Below, piece by piece: positions 8,196-16,769 of a stretch of DNA of 64,000 nucleotides. A model generated the notes under the pieces. The model had not been told where the DNA came from and searched no databases. It saw only the letters and a program-made list of their open reading frames with translations. The DNA is from Verrucomicrobiota bacterium (GTDB taxonomy: Bacteria > Verrucomicrobiota > Lentisphaeria > Lentisphaerales > Lentisphaeraceae), in assembly GCA_039798785.1 (NCBI GenBank), contig JBDKFG010000017.1:1-64000 (forward strand). The letters run 5' to 3'. Position 1 is the first letter of the stretch, and every line of letters begins with the position of its first letter. The translations under genes were made by a program, and so were the position numbers.

Positions 8196-10540
8196 GTTGC
8201 GGCCTCCGCGATCAGGGAGTCGAGCTGTTGGATGAGCATGAGGAAGAGCCGGGTCTCCTGCCAGTTCTGCGGCCAGGCAGACACAAGGCGCTGGCGAAGG
8301 CTGATGAGATCTGGTTTGTCTGCGGTGGCGCCAGCCAGGCAGGAATGATACAGGAGGTTGGCGAGCCGGTCCGAGTCGACACTGGTCTTCAAAGGCAAAG
8401 AGACCTCAGCGCCCAGAAGCAGGCGGATGAGGCTGGCGCAGGCTTCCTCGGTAGGAGTGTCAGCGGGAACGGGTTGAGCTTGCAGGAAGGCGTCGAAACC
8501 GATCACAGTCTGAACCGATGCAGGCAAAGGATTGCGCGGCGTCAATCCCGAAAGTAGGGACAGCCAGTGATCGGCCTTCAGTTGGCGTCCGCCGAGTTGC
8601 CGGATCAAGTGCTCGCCCGAGAAGGCGAGGAGCGCATGGCTCAAGGCCGGGGGCCGAGGCGGGTTTTTCAGGCGCTCAGCCAATTCATCGGCCGTGTTGA
8701 AGACGGGGCTGGATTCGCCCCAAAGAACCAGGTCGAAGTGATCGTTGACGGCGGTCGTCAGCCAATGCGGTGCCAGATCGAGGATCTTCGCCAGCCGCGG
8801 CAGGTACGAGACGCAGGACGGCTCGCCACAGGCGGCGGCATGCATGAGGCGTGCGTAGACGCGCGAAAGATGCATCGCCGGGCGACGACGGATCAGAGGC
8901 GTCGCTCCAGCTGCGACGATCTCGATCAGGCGTTGGTGTGAACCTTCGTTTGGATTGAGATGCAAGGCGAAGCGGCTTTTGCGGAAGGCGCGGCCGAGCT
9001 CGGGACCGTGCGCCACGACGCCTTTCGCCCAACGGCCGAAACGGGGATGACGCTCCCAGCCGCGACCATAGAGCGCGAGGGAGCAGCCGGCGTCCTCAAG
9101 CCATTCGAGGACGACATGGCGGTAGACCAGGTTGTTATGCTCCCAGAAAAGGCGGTCCAGAGTGTATCGGCGATCTTCGTCGCTCTGAAGTGTCAAGGCT
9201 TGGGCGAGTCGAGGCGATTCCCGGTGGATGAGTCCGGACAGCTCGTCGAGGCTGATGTAGCTGTCGCCGGCGCGGTAATGGCGCCAGAGGATCGAATCGA
9301 ATTGAGCAAGCATGGCGGCGTCGATGCCTTTCGAGCTCAATTTCGGCAAGAGGTCTTCAGTGATCAGCTGTTCCGAGGTCTTGCTGCAGTTGGAGGCGAA
9401 GCAGACATCGGCCTCGATCTCGAAGGGGCCGGGGCCGGGATCGAGCGAGGCGGGGCTGGTGATCATGCCGCAGGAGCGCAGGCGCTCGGCGGGGTAGCCG
9501 AAGGGACGGATCTGATCGACGTAGCCAATGATGAGATCGCGCTGGCGTCCGGCGATCTGCTCCCGCCACTTGCGGGCCGCTTCCGATTTCATGATGTCGG
9601 GACAGGTGTCTTGAATCCAGGTGACGAAGAGGAGGTTCTCGGGCCAGAATCCGACGGGATCCTCGCTGCGCAGGTGGTTGACCATCAGGGCGAGGTCGGG
9701 GCGGAAATGGGCGAGGCGTTTTTGAATCAGCCAGGGAGGCAGGTCTTCGCTCATCAGGACGAGCTCCACCTCCCAGCCGGCCTGTTCGAGCGCCCAGCGG
9801 GTGTCGCGCAAGGAGAACTGCACCACCGTCGAGGACGCATGTGCGAAGAGCAGGGCGCGAGGGCGGCGGCCATCTTCGCCGGCCAGGCGGCGGCCGAGCT
9901 CGGCGTCGCCGAGCGCGGAATAGTACCCCTCGTTGCCGCTGCGCCAGGCCTGTTCCTGGCGCTGGCGCTGCAGGAAGAGTCGCGTGAGAGGCGCTATCAG
10001 GGCTTCCGAGTGCGGCTGCGGCAGCGACGAGACCGGCGCGAAATTATGGGAAAGACAGTCATCCGCCTCCATGCGGCGGACCAGAGCTTCGAGGTCGGGA
10101 CCGGGGCGATACCATTCGACCAGTTCGCAGGAAAGGATTTCGCTCCGGTCGGCGTGCCGGAGCCAGGCGAGCAGGACCACCGGGCTTTCGGAGATGACGA
10201 TGATGCGGCGGCGGATCTGCCGCTGGTGGAGCTTGCGGAAGCTGGCGTAGATGGCCTCGAGTTCGAGTCCGGCGTTCAGTCCGGCGATCACTGCCGGCGC
10301 CAGGCCTCTTTCAAGGCGGTTCTCCATCGCGTCAAGCGCGTTTTGCGCCTGCCGCAGCGGTTCTTCCGTCGGGGTCAGTGCCTGCCACTTTCCATCCGGC
10401 AGAGCGCGAACGAAGCAATGGGCGCCATCCTCGGTGCGCACCGAAGCGACGCGCTCCTTCCCGGACAGGATGGCGAGGTGGTGGCCAAGCTCTGGATGGC
10501 GCTGCGCGAGAAGCTCGAGGTTGTGCTGGAAGGTGTCCAT
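8192..10540 (-). CDS. Large glycosyltransferase, Maf-like N-terminus plus CgeB/Glyco_trans_1_2-like C-terminal part
   Basis: TFQHNLELLAQRHPEL start resembles motility-associated factors; LALYGRGWE..HG.EL..FR.S..LHL..HQRLIE..AAG is GT-B-like; start 10540 or 10576. Confidence 0.6.
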   Translation of the reverse strand: MDTFQHNLELLAQRHPELGHHLAILSGKERVASVRTEDGAHCFVRALPDGKWQALTPTEEPLRQAQNALDAMENRLERGLAPAVIAGLNAGLELEAIYASFRKLHQRQIRRRIIVISESPVVLLAWLRHADRSEILSCELVEWYRPGPDLEALVRRMEADDCLSHNFAPVSSLPQPHSEALIAPLTRLFLQRQRQEQAWRSGNEGYYSALGDAELGRRLAGEDGRRPRALLFAHASSTVVQFSLRDTRWALEQAGWEVELVLMSEDLPPWLIQKRLAHFRPDLALMVNHLRSEDPVGFWPENLLFVTWIQDTCPDIMKSEAARKWREQIAGRQRDLIIGYVDQIRPFGYPAERLRSCGMITSPASLDPGPGPFEIEADVCFASNCSKTSEQLITEDLLPKLSSKGIDAAMLAQFDSILWRHYRAGDSYISLDELSGLIHRESPRLAQALTLQSDEDRRYTLDRLFWEHNNLVYRHVVLEWLEDAGCSLALYGRGWERHPRFGRWAKGVVAHGPELGRAFRKSRFALHLNPNEGSHQRLIEIVAAGATPLIRRRPAMHLSRVYARLMHAAACGEPSCVSYLPRLAKILDLAPHWLTTAVNDHFDLVLWGESSPVFNTADELAERLKNPPRPPALSHALLAFSGEHLIRQLGGRQLKADHWLSLLSGLTPRNPLPASVQTVIGFDAFLQAQPVPADTPTEEACASLIRLLLGAEVSLPLKTSVDSDRLANLLYHSCLAGATADKPDLISLRQRLVSAWPQNWQETRLFLMLIQQLDSLIAEAAT

Positions 10541-10553
10541 GACCGGGCATTGA

Positions 10554-10570
10554 CGCAGAAGCCGTGCCTG
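10554..10570 (-). promoter_or_regulatory. Putative sigma54 -24/-12 promoter of the glycosylation operon
   Basis: Minus strand CAGGCACGGCTTCTGCG has GG-N10-GC spacing, just upstream of ATG 10540. Confidence 0.45.
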
Positions 10571-10629
10571 CTGCATTTCGAGCTTGCGGCTTCAAGGATT
10601 CCAGGTCTTTTGAGCCCGTCATGAAGGGC

Positions 10630-10764
10630 TGTTGACAAGTTTTGCCGCGGCGGGCGAGATCTTGCCTGACTTGAGCTTGTCAAGCTCTGTGGGAGTGGAA
10701 AAGCGCCTGTGGACAACTTGTGAAGAAGTAGCGGACAAGCATTGTGGACAGAGCTTCCGGACAA
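10630..10764. promoter_or_regulatory. Cluster of co-oriented DnaA-box-like 9-mers
   Basis: TGTTGACAA 10630, AGTGGAAAA 10694, TGTGGACAA 10708 (reverse complement TTGTCCACA), TGTGAAGAA 10719, AGCGGACAA 10730, TGTGGACAG 10743, TCCGGACAA 10756. Confidence 0.6.
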
Positions 10765-10772
10765 GATGTAAC

Positions 10773-11744
10773 TCACTTCTTAGCAGCTTGCGTGCAGAAG
10801 CATTCGACGGCGAGGGTTTCGTTCAGGTTGAAGTTCAGGTCGATTTTCAGGGATTCGATCAGATCGGCGAGTCGTGCGGACTGCAAGGGGCTCAGGCTTT
10901 CGCCAGTGAAGATCTGATGGGGGCGGGCCGCGTCCTGACCGGCGCTGGCTTCGGCCACCCAGGTTTCGAGGATGCTGAGCACTTGATCGCGCAAGGCGCG
11001 GTAGCGGGCGCCGGCGAGGGCCTCGGCACGTTCCTTGTCCTTCTTCTTAGGAGCATCGTCATCCTGGCCGGCTTCGAGTTCGTTGGCGAGAGCTTCTTCG
11101 ATTTCCATGGATGCGCGCTCCTTCATTGCCTTGAAGAGGGCGAGCAGGCCGTCGGCGGCCTTCAAGCCGGCGGCGGCGCCGCTGCCGGGACGGAGGAGGG
11201 AGAGGAGTGGCTGGAGGCTGGCGAGGAGTGCGGGGTCGAGAATCGGGTCGTTGCTCATCAGGTTGACGATCTGGCAGCGCGAACGGATGGTCGGCAGCAG
11301 GCGCTCGTTGCGGCAGGAGACGAGAATGAAGATGGCTCCGGCGGGCGGCTCCTCGAGGGTCTTGAGGAAAGCGTTCTGGGACTCTTGGTTGAGGCATTCG
11401 GCTTCGATGACGAGACCGATCTGGTGTCGGCCTTCCTCGGCGCGGAAATCGAAGCGTTGCATGAAATTCCTCATCTCGGCGACCGGGATTTCGCGGCTTT
11501 TCGAAGTCGGCGCCAGGGCGTGGAGGCGGGGGTGCTTGTCGCCGCTCCACATCCGGCAGGAAGAGCAGGTGCCGCAGGCCTCGTCGCGGCCGGCAGCGAA
11601 GTCGCAGGCGAGCAGCCGGACCCAGGTGCGGGCGAAACTGCTGAGCTCGCCAAGGCGGTCACCAGAGAGCAGGTAGGACTGGCGGAGTTCGCCCCGTCGG
11701 GAGAGTTCAAGGAGGCGGCGGGTGCTGCGTTGGAAGGGCGTCAT
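10773..11744 (-). CDS. holB: DNA polymerase III subunit delta'
   Basis: C..CGTCSSC zinc module, HP, QNAFLKTLEEPP, LLPTIRSRCQ. Confidence 0.9.
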   Translation of the reverse strand: MTPFQRSTRRLLELSRRGELRQSYLLSGDRLGELSSFARTWVRLLACDFAAGRDEACGTCSSCRMWSGDKHPRLHALAPTSKSREIPVAEMRNFMQRFDFRAEEGRHQIGLVIEAECLNQESQNAFLKTLEEPPAGAIFILVSCRNERLLPTIRSRCQIVNLMSNDPILDPALLASLQPLLSLLRPGSGAAAGLKAADGLLALFKAMKERASMEIEEALANELEAGQDDDAPKKKDKERAEALAGARYRALRDQVLSILETWVAEASAGQDAARPHQIFTGESLSPLQSARLADLIESLKIDLNFNLNETLAVECFCTQAAKK

Positions 11745-11786
11745 CGGTGCCGGGGGGGGCTGGGGAGTTGAAGAGAGCTTGCGCGA

Positions 11787-12425
11787 TTACATCTCGAGGA
11801 ATCGCTGTTCCAGCGCTTCGAGATCCTGGTGAGAGCCGATGTCGACCTGCAGGTCTTTGATGATCCCGGTCTGGATCCCGTAGATCCAGCCGTGGACCTG
11901 GATGTTCTGGCCGCGGGCCCAGGCCTCGTGGAGGATGGTGGTCTGGCCGACGTTGGCGACCTGTCTCATGACGTTGAGTTCGCAGAGCGAATCGATGCTG
12001 TCGCGTCCGGCTTCACGCTCCCTTCTCAGCCAGGAGCCTTTGAGGCGCATCAAATCGCGGATATGACGCAGCCAGTTATCGATCAGGCCGAGGCTGTGCT
12101 CTTCGTGGGAGACGATGACGCCGCCGCAGCCGTAGTGACCACAGACGATGATGTGCTCGACCTTGAGCATCTCGACGGCGTACTGGATGACCGAAAGGCA
12201 GTTGAAGTCGGTGTGGATGACCTGGTTGGCGACGTTGCGGTGGACGAAGATCTCGCCGGGTTTAAGCCCGATGATCTGGTTGGCCGGGACACGCGAGTCG
12301 CTGCAGCCGATCCACAGGAATTTCGGCTTCTGCTGCTGCGACAAATCAGCAAAGAAATCCGGGTCCTTGGCGAGCTCCTTGGCTGCCCAGAGCTGATTGT
12401 GCTGCAGCAGTTTTTTGATGTCCAT
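11787..12425 (-). CDS. can: Beta-class carbonic anhydrase
   Basis: WIGCSDSRVP, HRNVAN, CGHYGCGG; start ATG 12425. Confidence 0.95.
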   Translation of the reverse strand: MDIKKLLQHNQLWAAKELAKDPDFFADLSQQQKPKFLWIGCSDSRVPANQIIGLKPGEIFVHRNVANQVIHTDFNCLSVIQYAVEMLKVEHIIVCGHYGCGGVIVSHEEHSLGLIDNWLRHIRDLMRLKGSWLRREREAGRDSIDSLCELNVMRQVANVGQTTILHEAWARGQNIQVHGWIYGIQTGIIKDLQVDIGSHQDLEALEQRFLEM

Positions 12426-12593
12426 GCCGATACTCCGCTTTGATGGCGGAGTATACCTGCAAAGAGTCAAGACGCCAGTCAGAGCGCGGCGGGAAGCCTA
12501 GTCTAAGCTGAAAATCGAGATGAGATGCGAGAGGGAATTGTGGTGCGCTGCACTAGTTTAGTTCATCCGTCAAAACATTCATCAGGAGCGATC

Positions 12594-13052
12594 ATGGCGA
12601 GCTGGCTGTTTAAATCCGAACCGGACGTGTTTTCCATTGACGATCTCGAAAAGCGGCTCCGCGAACCGTGGAACGGCGTGCGCAACTACCAGGCTCGCAA
12701 TTGGCTGCGCGACTCGGTGCAGGAAGGAGACGAGATCTTCTTCTACCATTCCAGCTGTCCGGAGCCGGGCATCTACGGCAGGATGCGATGCAGCCGCAAA
12801 GGCCATCCCGACGCCAGCCAGTTCGATCCCGCCTCGGAATTTTATGATGCCGCCGCGAAACCCGAGGCGCCGCGATGGTATCAGGTCGAAGTCGAGTTTC
12901 TCGAGCGTTGGAAGCAGCCCGTGCTGCTGCCGCGGCTGAAAGCTTGCGACGCCCTCGCCGAGCTGGCTTTGGTGCGTCCCGGCAACCGCCTTTCGATCAT
13001 GCCGGTGGCGGAAGCCGAAGCGGTGGCGATCAAGGCCCTGCGCCAACTCTGA
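12594..13052 (+). CDS. EVE domain-containing protein
   Basis: WLFKSEP..FSIDDL, WNGVRNYQARN, FFYHSSC, RLSIMPV; AGGAG RBS. Confidence 0.92.
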   Translation: MASWLFKSEPDVFSIDDLEKRLREPWNGVRNYQARNWLRDSVQEGDEIFFYHSSCPEPGIYGRMRCSRKGHPDASQFDPASEFYDAAAKPEAPRWYQVEVEFLERWKQPVLLPRLKACDALAELALVRPGNRLSIMPVAEAEAVAIKALRQL

Positions 13053-13063
13053 TCAGTCGTGCA

Positions 13064-13900
13064 TCACAGAGGCCAGACGCCCTCGAAGACGAAAGTGCCG
13101 GGACCGCTCATCAGGACTGGTGACTGCGACTGGCCGTCCCACTCGATCAGCAGTTCGCCGCCAGGCAGTTCCACCGTGCAGGACGGGCCGGCCAAGCCCA
13201 GCAGCTGCGCTGCCACCGCGGCGGCGCAGGCGCCTGAACCGCAGGCGAGGGTTTCCCCTGAGCCGCGTTCCCAGACCCGCATGCGAATGCGGTCAGGCGC
13301 CAGGGACTGGATGAATTCGACGTTGGTGCGCCGCAGGAATAGCGGGTCGCGTTCCAGGACCGGGCCCAGGGTGGTGACCGGGGCGCTGGCGGTGTCGGCG
13401 ACGACGATGACGCAATGGGGGTTGCCCATCGAGACGCAGGTGATTTCCGGGGCGTAGTCGGGGGTGAAGGCGCGGCGGCTCTTGATCAAGGGGCCGTCGA
13501 CGCTCAGGCCGATGGCTTCGGGCGACAGGCTGGGCGCGCCCATCGAGATGCGGACCTGTTCGCCGCGGATTTCCGCGAGGGCGACCCCGGCGCCAGTCCG
13601 AATCCGCAGGGGGGCACCTTGCGGTGCGTGTCCGTGTTTGCGGGCCCAGAGAGCGACGCAGCGGAGGGCGTTGCCGCAGGTTTCGACCAGCGAGCCGTCG
13701 GCGTTGTGAATCGTCATGCTGAGATCGGAGTTCTGGTCGCCGGGGCCGATGCTGACCAGCTGGTCGCCGCCGATGCCGAAGCGGCGGTCGAGGAGTTTGC
13801 TGGCCAGGAAGTCGCGAAGTGGAGGCGGAGCGACGAGGCAATCGAGGACGACAAAGTCGTTGCCGCAGCCGTGCATCTTGGTGAAGGGAAGGGAAGCCAT
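13064..13900 (-). CDS. dapF: Diaminopimelate epimerase
   Basis: FTKMHGCGNDF, NADGS..ETCGNALRC, MGNPH, ERGSGETLACGSGA. Confidence 0.96.
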   Translation of the reverse strand: MASLPFTKMHGCGNDFVVLDCLVAPPPLRDFLASKLLDRRFGIGGDQLVSIGPGDQNSDLSMTIHNADGSLVETCGNALRCVALWARKHGHAPQGAPLRIRTGAGVALAEIRGEQVRISMGAPSLSPEAIGLSVDGPLIKSRRAFTPDYAPEITCVSMGNPHCVIVVADTASAPVTTLGPVLERDPLFLRRTNVEFIQSLAPDRIRMRVWERGSGETLACGSGACAAAVAAQLLGLAGPSCTVELPGGELLIEWDGQSQSPVLMSGPGTFVFEGVWPL

Positions 13901-13993
13901 CTGGGGAACTCCGGAGTCATTTTTTCGAAGTCTAGGATTCCAAAGCCAAACTTCAACAAGTTTGACGCGGCCGGCGCGGAATTGCCGGCGTGA

Positions 13994-14500
13994 TCAGGGC
14001 TTGCTCGGCAGGGCCTGGGCGACTCCGTCCTGGCTGAGGGTTTCTTGATGCCTCCTCTTGTCCCGCCAGGCGCTGCGCAGGGCGGGTAGAAAAAGGGCTG
14101 CCGCCAGGAGCAGCTGCAGGATACCGTATTGCGACTGCAGGGCGATGACGCCGATGAGGAAGAAGCTGGAAAGGATGACTCCCGGAGAGATGAGGGGATT
14201 GTTCCGGTAGAGAGCGAAGAGCACCAGGATCCAGGAGAGAAGGCATAGGGGGATCATTCGACGATGTGTCAGTTGCCCGTGATAGGCGGTGTCATAGAGT
14301 TCCTGCTGCCGCCGCAGGTCTTCGGCGACATAGCGGTAGAGAATCACCTTCATTTCTCCTTCTTCGAGTGTGACCGGTGCCGGCAAGATTTCCACTCGCG
14401 GCAACTTCTGGAAGAATCCGGTCCAGACGCAGAAAGCGAGCTGAAGCGGCAGGATCAGACTCAGGATCCGCAGGGGGAGCGAAGGGCGTGGGCTTGTCAT
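13994..14500 (-). CDS. Hypothetical membrane protein (168 aa)
   Basis: Several hydrophobic segments; ATG overlaps the stop of the upstream gene (TGATG). Confidence 0.6.
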   Translation of the reverse strand: MTSPRPSLPLRILSLILPLQLAFCVWTGFFQKLPRVEILPAPVTLEEGEMKVILYRYVAEDLRRQQELYDTAYHGQLTHRRMIPLCLLSWILVLFALYRNNPLISPGVILSSFFLIGVIALQSQYGILQLLLAAALFLPALRSAWRDKRRHQETLSQDGVAQALPSKP

Positions 14501-15417
14501 CAGCGTTTCTCCGATTTCGTTTTGGCAGGAGTGAGGAGGATCGGACGGGCTTCGACGCCACCGCTGGTGCTGACATGCCATGGGGAATGCCAGCTCTCCT
14601 TGAATTGTTTGTAGCTCAGGCTGTGGACTCCAGGCCACTCGTAGGCGGGATTTTGAATGTAGACTTCGCTCTTCTTGGCGTCGTAGCCGACAAAGACGAC
14701 GGTGTGCGGACCGAGGTCGATAAGAGCTGGACGCTGTGCTTCGACTTCCCGCCGAAGCAGGGAGAAGCCAGTGTCGAAGCCTGCGTCGTTGACCGGGAAG
14801 GAGCGGAAGACCCAGTCCTGGCCCGAGACGGCTTTGATCCCATGTACGAGATGATCCCAGCAGGTTCCTGTGCCGATGAGTTCCGAGCCGGTGGAACAGA
14901 GTTTCACCGCTCGGGGCTCGATCGGATGGCCAAGCAGATAAACCAGCACCATGGCCGCCGAAGTCGGAGCGCACATGTTGTAGCCCTGCTTGAGATGCGG
15001 GACCGGCACGTAGGCGTAGACTGGGCTTTGGCTCCGCCGCTGCGCCATCTTTTCCAGGGCGAAGGCGTCAAGAAGCTCCGCCGGCATGCCGTTTTTTCGC
15101 GCCAGGGCGAAGGCTCTGGCGGCGGCCGCAGGATCCCGTTTCTGACCCGCCAGACCTTCGTAATGCATGCGGGCGATCAACAGCTGCACCGAGCTGCCCG
15201 GGAGCTTGGCCAGCTCCAGGACCCGCCCCTTGGATGGACCGAGCTCGCGCTGCTCAAGCAATTGCGCCAACTCCTTGGCGGCGGCGTCGAGCTCGTCGGG
15301 ATTGGTTCGAGCTTCCGGAGCCTTGATCTGGACCTCTGAGCTCGTGCTCCATCCCGGAGAAACGAGGGTCGCAGCGACAAGGCTGCCCTGCAGCAGAATG
15401 GTTTTTAGTCGGCTCAT
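14500..15417 (-). CDS. Exported C39-like (papain-fold) peptidase with Sel1-like segment
   Basis: Signal-peptide-like N-terminus; Q....CAPTSAAMVL, HTVVFVGYD, IQNPA; ARMHYEG..KRDPAAA. Confidence 0.75.
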   Translation of the reverse strand: MSRLKTILLQGSLVAATLVSPGWSTSSEVQIKAPEARTNPDELDAAAKELAQLLEQRELGPSKGRVLELAKLPGSSVQLLIARMHYEGLAGQKRDPAAAARAFALARKNGMPAELLDAFALEKMAQRRSQSPVYAYVPVPHLKQGYNMCAPTSAAMVLVYLLGHPIEPRAVKLCSTGSELIGTGTCWDHLVHGIKAVSGQDWVFRSFPVNDAGFDTGFSLLRREVEAQRPALIDLGPHTVVFVGYDAKKSEVYIQNPAYEWPGVHSLSYKQFKESWHSPWHVSTSGGVEARPILLTPAKTKSEKR

Positions 15418-15439
15418 CGTCGCTCTCTTGATCAATCGG

Positions 15440-16240
15440 TTAATTCAACGGCGTGCTGGGGTGGCTTGAGCTCCATTTCAGCTTCGGGATGTCGACGATG
15501 CGGATCATCCCAGCGTGGCCGTCGATGTAGCCGACGGCTTCTTTTTCATCGTGGCGGTTGACGGTGATGCGGCCGTAATCGGGCTCTCCCCAGCAGAGGC
15601 CGTTGTCCTGGCTCGGGTCGTTCTTCTCCCAGTTCGAGCGCGGCGGCAGCGAGTTGCCGTATTTCGGCCAGCCGTCGACCCAGACGCCGTCGCTGGCGAG
15701 AGGGACGAGCGAAGCGTCAGTGATCTGGCCGAGACGGGTGCCGAAGAAGGAGCTGGGGTCATTGCCGTTCCAGTTGCTGGGGTCGCCGCTGGGCGGAAGG
15801 CTGACGTCGAAGACCCAGCCGTTGAAGAAATAGCTGCCGAAGACGGTCTTGCTGCTGGAGACCCAGGGCCATCCGACATTGCCTAGGGTCGAATAGGGAT
15901 TGCTCAGCTCAAGAGGACGTTGCTTCTCGGTTTCGGGGCAGAAGCGGCTGTCGCCGCTGACCCCGTAGGGCGCCAGGACGGGCCAGAAGGCGTTGAAGCT
16001 GTCGGTGTAGCGGAAGAGCCGGTTCTGCAGGTTGTTCTCTTTCGCGGTGTAGGCGATGGAGACCTGGCGCTGGTTGGAGACGCAGAGCGCGGCACGCGCT
16101 TTGCTGCGGGCAGAACGGAAACTGGGGACGAGCAGTGAGGCGAGGATGGCCAGTACCGCCATCACGGTCAGAAGTTCGACCAGGGTGAATCTCCTCAGCG
16201 GGCGGGTGGAGGAGGGAAATGAACTTGTCTGAAATGGCAT
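15440..16240 (-). CDS. Prepilin-type N-terminal cleavage/methylation protein with H-X9-DG-like C-terminus
   Basis: FTLVELLTVMAVLAILASLLVP..AR..CVSN; RHDEKEAVGYIDGH. Confidence 0.88.
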   Translation of the reverse strand: MPFQTSSFPSSTRPLRRFTLVELLTVMAVLAILASLLVPSFRSARSKARAALCVSNQRQVSIAYTAKENNLQNRLFRYTDSFNAFWPVLAPYGVSGDSRFCPETEKQRPLELSNPYSTLGNVGWPWVSSSKTVFGSYFFNGWVFDVSLPPSGDPSNWNGNDPSSFFGTRLGQITDASLVPLASDGVWVDGWPKYGNSLPPRSNWEKNDPSQDNGLCWGEPDYGRITVNRHDEKEAVGYIDGHAGMIRIVDIPKLKWSSSHPSTPLN

Positions 16241-16411
16241 GGGGTTTCCTTGTCTTCGCGGGGTTTAGCTCTGTGTCACAATCTATGAAACAGGATGGGC
16301 GAGACAAGGATCAGGAGTCCACCACAAGGCGCAATCCCGAGTCGAGAGGGCGCAGGCAAAAGTGAAGGGCCTCCAGCTTGCATGGAGGCCCTCGAGGTCT
16401 GCGGCGGCAGC

Positions 16412-16627
16412 TCAGTCGATCTTGGCGAAACGCGGCACCTTGCGGTCTTCGCAAAGCACTTCCTCGGTGAACATCGCCAGCGGCCGGATCCACAGGCCGC
16501 GCTCGCCGTATTCGGCGCGATAGACGACAAACCACTCTTCAGTCTCCGAATGGCGGGCGCAGTCGATGACAGTGTACAAAGGCCCTTTGTAGTGGCGGTA
16601 GAGGCCGGGGGGGAGGAGGGGATTCAT
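16412..16627 (-). CDS. DUF1653 domain protein
   Basis: PGLYRHYKG..Y.V...ARHSETEE..VVYRA.YG..GLWIRP..MF. Confidence 0.88.
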   Translation of the reverse strand: MNPLLPPGLYRHYKGPLYTVIDCARHSETEEWFVVYRAEYGERGLWIRPLAMFTEEVLCEDRKVPRFAKID

Positions 16628-16652
16628 GGAGGGGCTCCGGGGGCTGGGGATT

Positions 16653-16763
16653 CCCAGACCTCCGGTCTGGGCTGTCAAAAGCGCGCCTTCAGCGCGAGGG
16701 CCTTGGCCCAAAACTCGTTTCGGTCTGAAGGACCGTTTTTGATAGCCCAGCCATTAGGCTGGG
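16653..16763. repeat. Palindromic REP-doublet-like element (second family)
   Basis: CTGGGCTGTCAAAA (16667-16680) pairs with TTTTGATAGCCCAG (16737-16750); CCCAG..CTGGG hairpins at both ends; CCTTCAG/CTGAAGG inside. Confidence 0.6.
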
Positions 16764-16769
16764 GCGACG

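Noticed and set aside
8960..10624. Long antisense ORFs (also 16837-18879, 26121-27491, 45652-47385, 59204-61546)
   Set aside because: Shadow ORFs of well-supported genes in GC-rich DNA; no motifs
14501..14974. N-terminal extension of ORF 13994-14974
   Set aside because: Overlaps the C39 gene in another frame; the coupled ATG at 14500 is more plausible
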